A stretch of DNA of 60,500 nt from Microgenomates group bacterium (GTDB lineage Bacteria; Patescibacteriota; Microgenomatia; UBA8517). The DNA is taken from assembly GCA_049301455.1 (NCBI GenBank), contig JBAQKY010000025.1:1-60500 (forward strand), written 5' to 3'. The notes under the pieces were generated by a model. The model was given only the letters and a program-made list of their open reading frames with translations, was not told the origin of the DNA and ran no database searches. Position numbers and translations under genes: made by a program. Below are positions 38,391 to 46,741 of this stretch, in pieces (within the stretch, counting starts at the first letter, position 1; each line of letters starts with the position of its first letter).

Positions 38391-40946
38391 ATGACATATA
38401 TGTGGAAAGCGAGAAGAAGGCTTCAGTTTGGTGAACGAAATGCTGGCTTAAGAAATTCTAGAAATATTGCAAAAATTGCTAAATTTGGTTTTTTGGGAAT
38501 TATTGGTTTATTCGTAATTTTAATAATTGTTTTACCACTTCTATCTTTTGGTCTCCCCTCGCCTGACAAGGTAATCAGACGTGAAGGTTTTTCAACAAAA
38601 ATTTTAGATAGAAATGGCAAACCTTTATATGACATCTTTGATAATGAAAGAAGAACCCCAATAAACATTAATGACATGCCTGTTTATTTAAAACAGGCAA
38701 CTGTTGCAATTGAAGATAAAAATTTCTACTCACATAATGGTTTTGATATTTTAGGTACTTTGCGTGGACTTTCCCGTTTCTTTACTCGTGGTTATGCACA
38801 AGGAGGATCTACTTTAACACAGCAACTTGTTAAAAATGTGCTTTTAACTTCTGAACGTTCAGCTCTACGTAAAATTAAAGAGTTTATTTTGGCTGTACAG
38901 ATTGAAAGAAAATATACCAAAGACGAAATACTTCAGATGTATCTTAATGAAGCTCCATATGGTGGTACTGCTTGGGGTGTTGAGTCTGCGTCAGAAACTT
39001 ATTTTGGAAAGTCTGCAAAGGATTTAAACCTTGTTGAATCAGCAATCCTTGCAGGTATGCCACAGTTACCATCAAGATACTCACCATATTCATCAACACC
39101 AAAAGCATATGTTGATAGAACAACAAATGTATTAAGGAGAATGAGAGAGGATGGATACATAACCAAAGATCAAGAAGAAGCTGCTTTAGCAGAACTTCCA
39201 GAATTCAAATTCCAAACCAAAGGTTCATCTTTTAAGGCTCCTCACTTTGTTCAGTACGTACAAAAAATACTAGAAGAAAGATATGGTGAAAAAGTCATTG
39301 AACAAGGAGGTTTAAAAGTTACCACAACTCTTGATCTTGATTTGCAAGAAAAAGCACAAGAAATAGTTGCAGAAGAAATTGCTAAAGTTGAAGCACAACG
39401 CATAACTAACGGTGGATCTGTGGTCATGAATCCTGAAACTGGAGAAATTTTGGCTATGGTTGGTAGTAAAAGATTTGATGATCCTGATTATGATGGACAG
39501 GTCAACGTTACAGTAGCACTTAGACAGCCTGGATCATCTTTTAAGCCCTTTACATATGTAACAGCACTCAAAGAGGGCTATACCGCATCATCAATGGTTA
39601 TGGACGTTCCAACTGTATTTCAAAGCGGTGAAGGTCAACCTGATTATAATCCTGTAAATTATGATGGCAAATATCGAGGTCCAGTTCAAATGCGTTACGC
39701 GTTAGGAAACTCTCTAAATATTCCTGCAGTTAAGTTTATTGCCATGGTGGGTATTAAAGACGTTTTAGAGACTGCGTTTGATTTTGGTTTAACATCACTC
39801 CCACCAACGGCAGAAACATTACAACGAGTAGGACTATCTTTAACACTTGGAGGTGGTGAAGTTAGATTGGTTGAATTAACAGGTGCATATTCTGCGTTTT
39901 TAAATGGTGGTACAAAAGCAGAACCATTATCAATTTTAAAAGTTGAAGATAGTAATGGTAAAGTATTGGAAGAAATTAAACCTAAAAGAGGTAAAAGAGT
40001 ATTAGATGAAGAATATGCTTATATTATTACCAATATTCTTTCAGATAACTCTGCAAGATCTGATGCCTTTGGACCAAACTCCCTATTAAATGTTTCTGGA
40101 CGTCAGGTTGCAGTAAAAACAGGTACAACAAATGATAGACGTGACAACTGGACAGTTGGAGGTACACCACAAAGAACAGTTGGTGTTTGGGTTGGTAATA
40201 ACGATAATTCTCCAATGCTAAATGTGGCATCAGGTATATCAGGTGCATCACCTATTTGGAGAAGAATACTTCTTGAATCACTAAGCGGTATGGATCCAGT
40301 AAGTTTTACTGCACCTGAAAAAATTGTCACAGCAGATGTTGATACTGTGTCAGGAAAACGTGCACATGATGGTTTTCCATCAAGATCTGAAATTTTTGTT
40401 AAAGGCTCAGAACCTGAAAATGATGATATACATGTAAACTTGAAAGTTTGTAAGTCAGACGGAAGACTTGCAACCCCATCAGATATTTCAGGACAAAATT
40501 ATGATAATAAAGAATATTATGTGTTTAAAGAAGAAGATCCAGTATCTACTGACGGAAAGAATAGATGGCAGGAAGCAATTTTAAATTGGTTAAATGGACA
40601 GTCAGACAGTATATATCACCCACCTACTGAATATTGTGGAACTGTTAATCCTTTAAGTGTTGAAATATATAGTCCTACAGATAGAACAAGTAATTTACCT
40701 AACCAATTTGAAATTAAGATGAGGGCAGATACAACAAGTAAAATTGTTTCTATAGAACTTGAAATTGATGGAGTCAAGAGAAGAACATTTGATGCCCCCC
40801 CTTATGTTTATCAGGCAGATCTTCCAAATGGTTCTCATGTTTTAAAAGCGATTGCAAGAGATTCAGAAGGTCATGAGTCATCTCATCCATTAACAGTTGG
40901 TGTAAACACTGCATGGGATGCAGTCAGTCCAACTCCTACTCCCTAG
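38391..40946 (+). CDS. Class A penicillin-binding protein (glycosyltransferase plus transpeptidase) with a C-terminal Ig-like extension; start at ATG 38391 or 38400
   Basis: GT51 motifs AIEDKNFYSHNGFD and GGSTLTQQLVKN. Transpeptidase motifs SSFKPF, SLN and KTGTT. Confidence 0.92.
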   Translation: MTYMWKARRRLQFGERNAGLRNSRNIAKIAKFGFLGIIGLFVILIIVLPLLSFGLPSPDKVIRREGFSTKILDRNGKPLYDIFDNERRTPININDMPVYLKQATVAIEDKNFYSHNGFDILGTLRGLSRFFTRGYAQGGSTLTQQLVKNVLLTSERSALRKIKEFILAVQIERKYTKDEILQMYLNEAPYGGTAWGVESASETYFGKSAKDLNLVESAILAGMPQLPSRYSPYSSTPKAYVDRTTNVLRRMREDGYITKDQEEAALAELPEFKFQTKGSSFKAPHFVQYVQKILEERYGEKVIEQGGLKVTTTLDLDLQEKAQEIVAEEIAKVEAQRITNGGSVVMNPETGEILAMVGSKRFDDPDYDGQVNVTVALRQPGSSFKPFTYVTALKEGYTASSMVMDVPTVFQSGEGQPDYNPVNYDGKYRGPVQMRYALGNSLNIPAVKFIAMVGIKDVLETAFDFGLTSLPPTAETLQRVGLSLTLGGGEVRLVELTGAYSAFLNGGTKAEPLSILKVEDSNGKVLEEIKPKRGKRVLDEEYAYIITNILSDNSARSDAFGPNSLLNVSGRQVAVKTGTTNDRRDNWTVGGTPQRTVGVWVGNNDNSPMLNVASGISGASPIWRRILLESLSGMDPVSFTAPEKIVTADVDTVSGKRAHDGFPSRSEIFVKGSEPENDDIHVNLKVCKSDGRLATPSDISGQNYDNKEYYVFKEEDPVSTDGKNRWQEAILNWLNGQSDSIYHPPTEYCGTVNPLSVEIYSPTDRTSNLPNQFEIKMRADTTSKIVSIELEIDGVKRRTFDAPPYVYQADLPNGSHVLKAIARDSEGHESSHPLTVGVNTAWDAVSPTPTP

Positions 40947-41201
40947 TTAAGTTTTTTTAAAATAAATACAACCATCACAACCTGTAAAACTTATTCGAGC
41001 TATATTACCTGTAGCTTCGATTTTACCTCCTTTTGGTGACCTCTTTTTACACGTAAACAGCTGACCATCTCTTACGACTAACTCTGAAGATGTATCTTTA
41101 TGATCTTTTCGAACAAGATTGACACTAAACTTTAAAGTTCTTTTCCACTCGCAATCGAGATTTGGATATCTAGCAGAATGACTGATAATTCGATCTGTCA
41201 T
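40947..41201 (-). CDS. Hypothetical small Cys-containing protein, 84 aa
   Basis: Intact ORF with a C-terminal GCDGC. No family recognised. Confidence 0.4.
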   Translation of the reverse strand: MTDRIISHSARYPNLDCEWKRTLKFSVNLVRKDHKDTSSELVVRDGQLFTCKKRSPKGGKIEATGNIARISFTGCDGCIYFKKT

Positions 41202-41216
41202 GTCGGAATTATAAAT

Positions 41217-43157
41217 CTAAACAACTGAAATTCCAAACTTCGTGTTTAGCGAAGACAGTATTTTGCTTCTAACCTCTTCTACCTCTTTATCTGTAAGCGT
41301 GTGATCTTCTGATTGGTACTGAATATTAAAAGTAAAATTTGATTGATATTTGTCTGTAAGTTCTACCCTATATACGATATTTGACATACTATATACAGTT
41401 TTAATCACATCACCAACAAAAGTCTTTTCTGGCAGTTCAAGTGTAATGTCCTCTACTTGCGGTGGATACTTATTTATTTCTTTATACTTTCTAGCAATCT
41501 TCTTTGAAGATAGTAATTTTTGCATATCGAAGCTATATAAAAACAAACCATTTTCTAAATTGCCATACTCACCCAGTATCGTTTTGTCTGACTTTATAAA
41601 TATTCTTTGGTTTGGTAGATAACTACCACCATCTTCTTGCTTGTCTGTGTATTCAATGTTTAATTCATTTAGTAATGATTCAACAATACCTTTATTTTGT
41701 CGATAATTATTATGTCTGATTATTCCACCTAACATTAACTTTTCTTCAGGTAGGTCATTCTTGCGAGGTATATAGATATTACTAATTTCAAATATATGTA
41801 AATCACCTTTTTCTTGTGGGTTGTCTTGAACATTTCTGGCTAGTGAATCTAGCAGATTATCTCTTAAGAATGCAGTATCTGGGCCTAGTGGATTTTTTAA
41901 TTCAACTTGACCTTTGTCTGTTAATGATAGGTTGTAGACTTCAGTAGCTCCTAATGACTTTAGCAGCTGTTTTACAGTTTGTTCGAACTTAAAATCATCA
42001 TTTTGTTTTGGTTTTGGAAGTGAACCGTCCATTAATACACATGGTAAATTGAAGTATCCGTATATTCTGGCAATTTCTTCTGCAATATCCTCTCTTATGT
42101 CAATATCATTGGCTCTATATGATGGCACCTTAACTTCTAATTTTGTTTTATTCCAATTAACACCAAAACCTAAATTTGTTAAATAATTTGTCATTTCTTT
42201 TTCAGAAATGTCTATGCCAATTATTTTATCAATTTCCTCTTTTGTAACAGTGACAGTTTTTGTTTTGTATGGATTAGGATAAATATCTAAGATTTCTTTT
42301 TCTGACTTTCCGCCTGACAAATTTTCAATCATTTCGATGCTAGACAAAATAGCAGGAGTTACATTTTCACTATCTAGCCCTTTTTCAAAAAGGACTGCAG
42401 CCTCAGTTCTTTGACCTAAACTCATAGAAGTTTTTCTAATTTTGTGTTGATTGTAATTTTGAACGAACAGTAAAACGTTTTTAGTGTTGTTATCTATACT
42501 GCTTGCTTCTCCTCCCATGATTCCACATAAATCAATTAAGTTTCCCGATGCATCTTCAATTACAATATCTCCTCCGTCTAGTTTAAATTCTTTTCCATCA
42601 AGAGTTTTGATTAATTCTCCTCTTTTTGATTCACGAAGTGTCATGTCTGCGTCTGATATCTTATCGTAATCAAAAGTGTGAACAGGTTGACCTAATTCAT
42701 GCATTATGTAGTTACTGACATCAACAATATTGTTAATAGGTCGAACATCAACTTTTTCAAGAAGTGATCTGATTTCTTTAGGTGATTCTTTTACAGTTAC
42801 GTTTTTAATCAAAACAGCAGTAAACCTAGAACATAATTTTGGATCAACTACTGCAGTTAAATATTTTGTTTTTTTAACAAATTTAAATTTGCTTTGATCA
42901 AGTTTGTTTTCTTTTAAACTAGCTTTGATTCCAAACCTCGGAAGTATTGTTGCAGCTTCTCTGGCTATTCCAAGTATTGAAGCGGTATCAACTCTGTTTG
43001 TAGTAACTTCTACATTGTAGATGTGGTCGCCATCATTAGTTTGTTTGGTTCTTTCTATTGAAGGTCCACAAAGAGAGAGATACTTTGCAATTTCTTTTGG
43101 AGTTGCCTTAGTTTCTAAATGCTTTTTAAGCCAGCTATTTGGTATTAATAAATCCAT
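41217..43157 (-). CDS. pheT: Phenylalanyl-tRNA synthetase beta subunit, short form without the N-terminal OB tRNA-binding domain
   Basis: B1 start (LIPNSWLKKH), VTTNRVDTASILGIAREA, B3/4 and B5 domains, and a C-terminal FDX-ACB-like domain. Directly downstream of pheS. Confidence 0.92.
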   Translation of the reverse strand: MDLLIPNSWLKKHLETKATPKEIAKYLSLCGPSIERTKQTNDGDHIYNVEVTTNRVDTASILGIAREAATILPRFGIKASLKENKLDQSKFKFVKKTKYLTAVVDPKLCSRFTAVLIKNVTVKESPKEIRSLLEKVDVRPINNIVDVSNYIMHELGQPVHTFDYDKISDADMTLRESKRGELIKTLDGKEFKLDGGDIVIEDASGNLIDLCGIMGGEASSIDNNTKNVLLFVQNYNQHKIRKTSMSLGQRTEAAVLFEKGLDSENVTPAILSSIEMIENLSGGKSEKEILDIYPNPYKTKTVTVTKEEIDKIIGIDISEKEMTNYLTNLGFGVNWNKTKLEVKVPSYRANDIDIREDIAEEIARIYGYFNLPCVLMDGSLPKPKQNDDFKFEQTVKQLLKSLGATEVYNLSLTDKGQVELKNPLGPDTAFLRDNLLDSLARNVQDNPQEKGDLHIFEISNIYIPRKNDLPEEKLMLGGIIRHNNYRQNKGIVESLLNELNIEYTDKQEDGGSYLPNQRIFIKSDKTILGEYGNLENGLFLYSFDMQKLLSSKKIARKYKEINKYPPQVEDITLELPEKTFVGDVIKTVYSMSNIVYRVELTDKYQSNFTFNIQYQSEDHTLTDKEVEEVRSKILSSLNTKFGISVV

Positions 43158-43175
43158 AATATTATTCTAATAAAA

Positions 43176-44198
43176 TTACAATTGTTTCAAAACTCTTAAA
43201 TCATCACTGTAAAGCAATCTAATGTCTGGGACAGAAAGACCAGATTTCATCATGTATGTTCTTTCCACTCCCCATCCAAATGCAAACCCAGAATATGTTT
43301 TTGGATCAACTCCACATTCTTTTAAAACATTTGGATGAACCATACCTGCTCCACCAATTTCCAACCAACCCTCTTTACATAGTTTGCATCCCTTGCCGTT
43401 ACAAACATTACAAGAGATATCAACTTCAAATGATGGTTCTGTAAATTGGAAATGATAAGGTCTGAGCCTTGTTTCTCTGTTTGGTCCAAAGAATGTTTTA
43501 GCAAAATGGTCAATTGTGCCACGTAGGTGAGTAATTGAAATGTCTTTATCTACTACTAACCCTTCAAATTGGTGAAACATAGCAAGATGGCTAATATCAA
43601 GTTGCCTTCTGTAACACTTTGCAATATTAATCATCCTGATAGGTGGTTTGTTTGATAACATTTCTCTGATCTGCCCACTTGATGTGTGCGGTGTCAAAAG
43701 CATGGGACCATATTTTGATGATGTTGGAGCATCGACAAAGAAAGTTTCCCAATCGTCACGGGCTGGGTGATTGTCTGGAAAGTTAAGTGCACCAAAGGCA
43801 AAGTAATCGTATTCTACTTCTGGATATCTAACTCTAGTAAAACCGATCTTCTCAAAGACTTCTGAAATTTCATTTATGGCATTTGTTACCATGTGCAGAT
43901 GTCCTAGCTTTGGAAGTTCAGCTGGCATTGTGGGATCAAACCAAACCCGTGCGTTATTATTTAATTCATTCTTTTTGGTTGCAAGAAGTTCCAATAAAGT
44001 ATTCTTCACTTCGTTTAAAGTAATGCCATATTGCTTTTTCTCTTCTGGTGTAACTTTTGAAATGTCTTTTGAAGCAATTGTGAATTTGCCTGATTTACCA
44101 AACAAATCAATTCTAATTTGCTCTAATTCATTAAGGTCTGCACAATCGGAAACTCTAGCAATTGCTTGGTTTTTAATATTAATTAAATTATCATTCAT
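43176..44198 (-). CDS. pheS: Phenylalanyl-tRNA synthetase alpha subunit
   Basis: Class II motifs: FPDNHPARDDWETFF, RMINIAKCYRRQ, MFHQFEGLVVD and GFAFGWGVERTYM. Confidence 0.96.
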   Translation of the reverse strand: MNDNLINIKNQAIARVSDCADLNELEQIRIDLFGKSGKFTIASKDISKVTPEEKKQYGITLNEVKNTLLELLATKKNELNNNARVWFDPTMPAELPKLGHLHMVTNAINEISEVFEKIGFTRVRYPEVEYDYFAFGALNFPDNHPARDDWETFFVDAPTSSKYGPMLLTPHTSSGQIREMLSNKPPIRMINIAKCYRRQLDISHLAMFHQFEGLVVDKDISITHLRGTIDHFAKTFFGPNRETRLRPYHFQFTEPSFEVDISCNVCNGKGCKLCKEGWLEIGGAGMVHPNVLKECGVDPKTYSGFAFGWGVERTYMMKSGLSVPDIRLLYSDDLRVLKQL

Positions 44199-44237
44199 GT
44201 TAGTATTGTATTACTTTTTAGATATAAATTATACTGT

Positions 44238-44444
44238 TTATATTCCACTGTTTTTGGTTAAAATATCCCTTTCTTTACCTAATTTAATCCCATATTTCTT
44301 ACATCCTAATTTTAATGCAACAATGTAATCAGATGTTGTTGCTTCATGTTTTAGAATATTAGACAAAGCTTCTTGATATTTAAGTGCCTCCTCAAGTGTT
44401 AATGTATTATTTTGTTTTCCAATTCTTTCTGTCATGTAAATCAC
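44238..44444 (-). CDS. Hypothetical small protein, 68 aa (GTG 44444 or ATG 44435 start)
   Basis: Its start overlaps the stop of the upstream small ORF (GTGA). It lies between the Phe attenuator and pheS. Confidence 0.4.
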   Translation of the reverse strand: MIYMTERIGKQNNTLTLEEALKYQEALSNILKHEATTSDYIVALKLGCKKYGIKLGKERDILTKNSGI

Positions 44445-44623
44445 CTTCTTTCTGCTCCATTTGGTTTGATATCCATATCATTTTTATGTTCGATTTCAGT
44501 TGACTCTTCATCAATACGACTGTCCTTATTTAGCTCGCTTATAATATCAACAGCTTCTGCAACTACTTGTTGCTTATTCTTGTCTTCGTGACCCTCATTA
44601 ATTAATAGTTGTATTATGCTCAT
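44441..44623 (-). CDS. Hypothetical acidic small protein, 60 aa, from Met20 of the track ORF
   Basis: The track ORF's N-terminal 19 codons overlap the attenuator terminator hairpin. Met20 (MSIIQLLINEGHEDK...) lies just downstream of the U-tract. Confidence 0.35.
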   Translation of the reverse strand: MSIIQLLINEGHEDKNKQQVVAEAVDIISELNKDSRIDEESTEIEHKNDMDIKPNGAERR

Positions 44624-44634
44624 ATTTTTAAACC

Positions 44635-44660
44635 AACAAAAAACCTCCTTGTGGGAGGTT
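44635..44660 (-). terminator. Attenuator terminator (segments 3:4)
   Basis: Minus-strand RNA: AACCUCC-cacaa-GGAGGUU followed by UUUUGUUGGUUU. Confidence 0.7.
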
Positions 44661-44685
44661 GAAACGAACGCAAACTTCAACCTCC
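44654..44685 (-). promoter_or_regulatory. Attenuator antiterminator (segments 2:3), mutually exclusive with the terminator
   Basis: Minus-strand RNA: GGAGGUUGAA-guuugcguucgu-UUCAACCUCC (10 bp). It sequesters the 5' strand of the terminator. Confidence 0.65.
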
Positions 44686-44686
44686 G

Positions 44687-44731
44687 TTAGGAAGTAAAGA
44701 AGAATGCAAAAAATGTATTATTTAAATTCAT
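44687..44731 (-). CDS. pheM: Phe-rich leader peptide (pheM-like), 14 codons
   Basis: AUG AAU UUA AAU AAU ACA UUU UUU GCA UUC UUC UUU ACU UCC UAA encodes MNLNNTFFAFFFTS (5 Phe). It starts 13 nt after the rplT stop and stops 1 nt before the antiterminator. Confidence 0.65.
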   Translation of the reverse strand: MNLNNTFFAFFFTS

Positions 44732-44744
44732 ATTGTTTATATTA

Positions 44745-45089
44745 TTACTTTGTTTTAAAAGATGCAACTATTTTTTCAAAAACAGTTGGATTTTTTGCGG
44801 CTACATCTGAAAGGATTTTTCTATCTAATTCAATTTTGTTTGTTTTTAAATTGTTAATAAGTCTTGAATATGAAGTTCCAAGAGATTTTGCAGCTGCTGA
44901 TAATCTAACAATCCACAAACTTCTTAAATCTCTTTTCTTAAGCTTTCTACCATGAAATGCATATGCACCAGCATGCATAACTGCTTCATGAGCAACTTTG
45001 TATCTTCTTGATCTTGCTGCATGAAAACCTTTAGCCTGTTTTAAGACTTTTCTGTGTTTTCTTGCTGCTAATGATTTTACTCTTGCCAT
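44745..45089 (-). CDS. rplT: 50S ribosomal protein L20
   Basis: MARVKSLAARKHRKVLKQAKGFHAARSRRYKVA. Confidence 0.96.
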   Translation of the reverse strand: MARVKSLAARKHRKVLKQAKGFHAARSRRYKVAHEAVMHAGAYAFHGRKLKKRDLRSLWIVRLSAAAKSLGTSYSRLINNLKTNKIELDRKILSDVAAKNPTVFEKIVASFKTK

Positions 45090-45090
45090 A

Positions 45091-45312
45091 TTATTTCCCT
45101 GTTCCTTTCAAGACCTTACCTAAAAACTTTCTAAGTCTTCTTGCCAACACTTTCTTAACTGGTGTAACTCTTGATAATCTATTTAATCTATTCTTGCTTT
45201 TTGAGGCATTCAAATGTCTCTTGAAAGCTTTTCTACGCAAAACTTTACCATTCTTGGTAACTCTAATTCTATTTGTTACTAATTGCTTAGTTTTGACTTT
45301 TGTTTTTGCCAT
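45091..45312 (-). CDS. rpmI: 50S ribosomal protein L35
   Basis: Small, highly basic protein (MAKTKVKTKQ...RIRVTKNGKVLRRKAFKRHL). Positioned between infC and rplT. Confidence 0.92.
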   Translation of the reverse strand: MAKTKVKTKQLVTNRIRVTKNGKVLRRKAFKRHLNASKSKNRLNRLSRVTPVKKVLARRLRKFLGKVLKGTGK

Positions 45313-45838
45313 ATGTATTTGTTGGTGAAATTATCATTATTAGATTTCTGCCTAAGAACTTTGGCTTCATGTCTACATTAATTCCTTCACCTAAATCTTT
45401 CAATACTCTTCCCATCATGTCGTATCCAAATTGCTTTGAACCCAACTGTTTTATCTTAAAGTATACTACTAATTTTACTTTATCTTTACCCCTTAAAAAC
45501 TCATCAATTCTCTTCAAGCGAGTTTGATAATCTCCTTCACCTATAAAAGGTGTAAATCTTATCTCTTTTAAGCTACTTGGCTTACTCTTTTTCTGAGCTT
45601 CCTTAGCTTTCTTCTCCTCTTGATACTTAAATTTACCAAATTCAATAATTTTAGCTACAGGTGGATTAGCATTTGCTACAATTTCAATTAAATCGTCCCC
45701 TTTGTCTTGGGCCATTTTAATTGCTTCCTCCTTAGAAAATATCCCTAGCTGTTTACCTTCTGCGTCTAAGACGCGTAGTGTTTGAGCAGGAATTCTTTCG
45801 TTTAAACGCCAGTTATTACTGATACTTTTCAATTTCAA
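45287..45838 (-). CDS. infC: Translation initiation factor IF-3 (TTG start in the track)
   Basis: Motifs NERIPAQTLRVLDAEGKQLG, PPVAKIIEFGKFKYQ and KEIRF. Confidence 0.93.
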   Translation of the reverse strand: MKLKSISNNWRLNERIPAQTLRVLDAEGKQLGIFSKEEAIKMAQDKGDDLIEIVANANPPVAKIIEFGKFKYQEEKKAKEAQKKSKPSSLKEIRFTPFIGEGDYQTRLKRIDEFLRGKDKVKLVVYFKIKQLGSKQFGYDMMGRVLKDLGEGINVDMKPKFLGRNLIMIISPTNTYGKNKSQN

Positions 45839-45879
45839 TAGTGATTGTACCTAAAAATGACAATAGTAGCAAGAAGATA

Positions 45880-46737
45880 TTATATTAATTTGTTTTTGAT
45901 GAAATCTTCAACAATATCTACTAATTCTATCTTTTTACCAGTAAAACTATGGTCTGTGTCTGAAATTGTTTCTATCTGAGCATTTGAGTTTTCATTCTTT
46001 AGCAGAGTAACCGTATCAACTCCTAGCATTTCATTCCATTCATCTGTGTCACAGATAACACCCAAAATAGGTACTTTTATGTTTTGGTAATAAACTAAAC
46101 CTTTACCTTTTCTTAGAGGTAACGCCTTTGATAGTTCGGAGCCTTCACTAAAACAATTTACATATGAATTTGCAGTTTTTGGTAATACTCCTGCATGGCA
46201 CAAATGAATTGAGGTGATTAATTCATGCCCTCTATCTTCCTTGATAAGTTCTAAAGCATTTATCATTGGATCAATCTTTTGTGTTTCTAAAAATTTCATT
46301 TGGCAACCGAATGAGTCTGCAAAACCTAGAAGTATCACTCCAATAATTTTATCCTTGTGTTTACCCTTTTCCATATAATATGTAACTTTTTCTGTTCCTA
46401 ATGAATGCCCTTGAAGAATTATTTTTTTGTAGCCTTTGTCTAATGCAAATTCTATCCATGTATCTATATCTATTAGGCATTCTTCAAACTTTTCTCTTGC
46501 GCAACCAGTTGCTTGCCAACTTTCTAGTGTGTAGTTACCTCTGTTGTTTGTAAATAAAACTGAAATGTCTAATTTGGGCAGTCTTTCAACAAACTCCCCT
46601 TCAAATTCCTCTGCATAGAAGCACGATCCTGTTCCATGAATATTTATTAGGATGGTGTCTTTTTTGCTGGTTTCAGATAGAAAGCCAAAAAGTGCAATGT
46701 CGTCAGAAGTTTTAACCTTTACTATTGGATAGTTCAT
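45880..46737 (-). CDS. Alpha/beta hydrolase-fold protein, from Met43 of the track ORF
   Basis: GHSLGTEK nucleophile elbow and a late DTDH. The Met43 start removes the overlap with the thrS 3' end. Confidence 0.7.
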   Translation of the reverse strand: MNYPIVKVKTSDDIALFGFLSETSKKDTILINIHGTGSCFYAEEFEGEFVERLPKLDISVLFTNNRGNYTLESWQATGCAREKFEECLIDIDTWIEFALDKGYKKIILQGHSLGTEKVTYYMEKGKHKDKIIGVILLGFADSFGCQMKFLETQKIDPMINALELIKEDRGHELITSIHLCHAGVLPKTANSYVNCFSEGSELSKALPLRKGKGLVYYQNIKVPILGVICDTDEWNEMLGVDTVTLLKNENSNAQIETISDTDHSFTGKKIELVDIVEDFIKNKLI

Positions 46738-46741
46738 TGAA

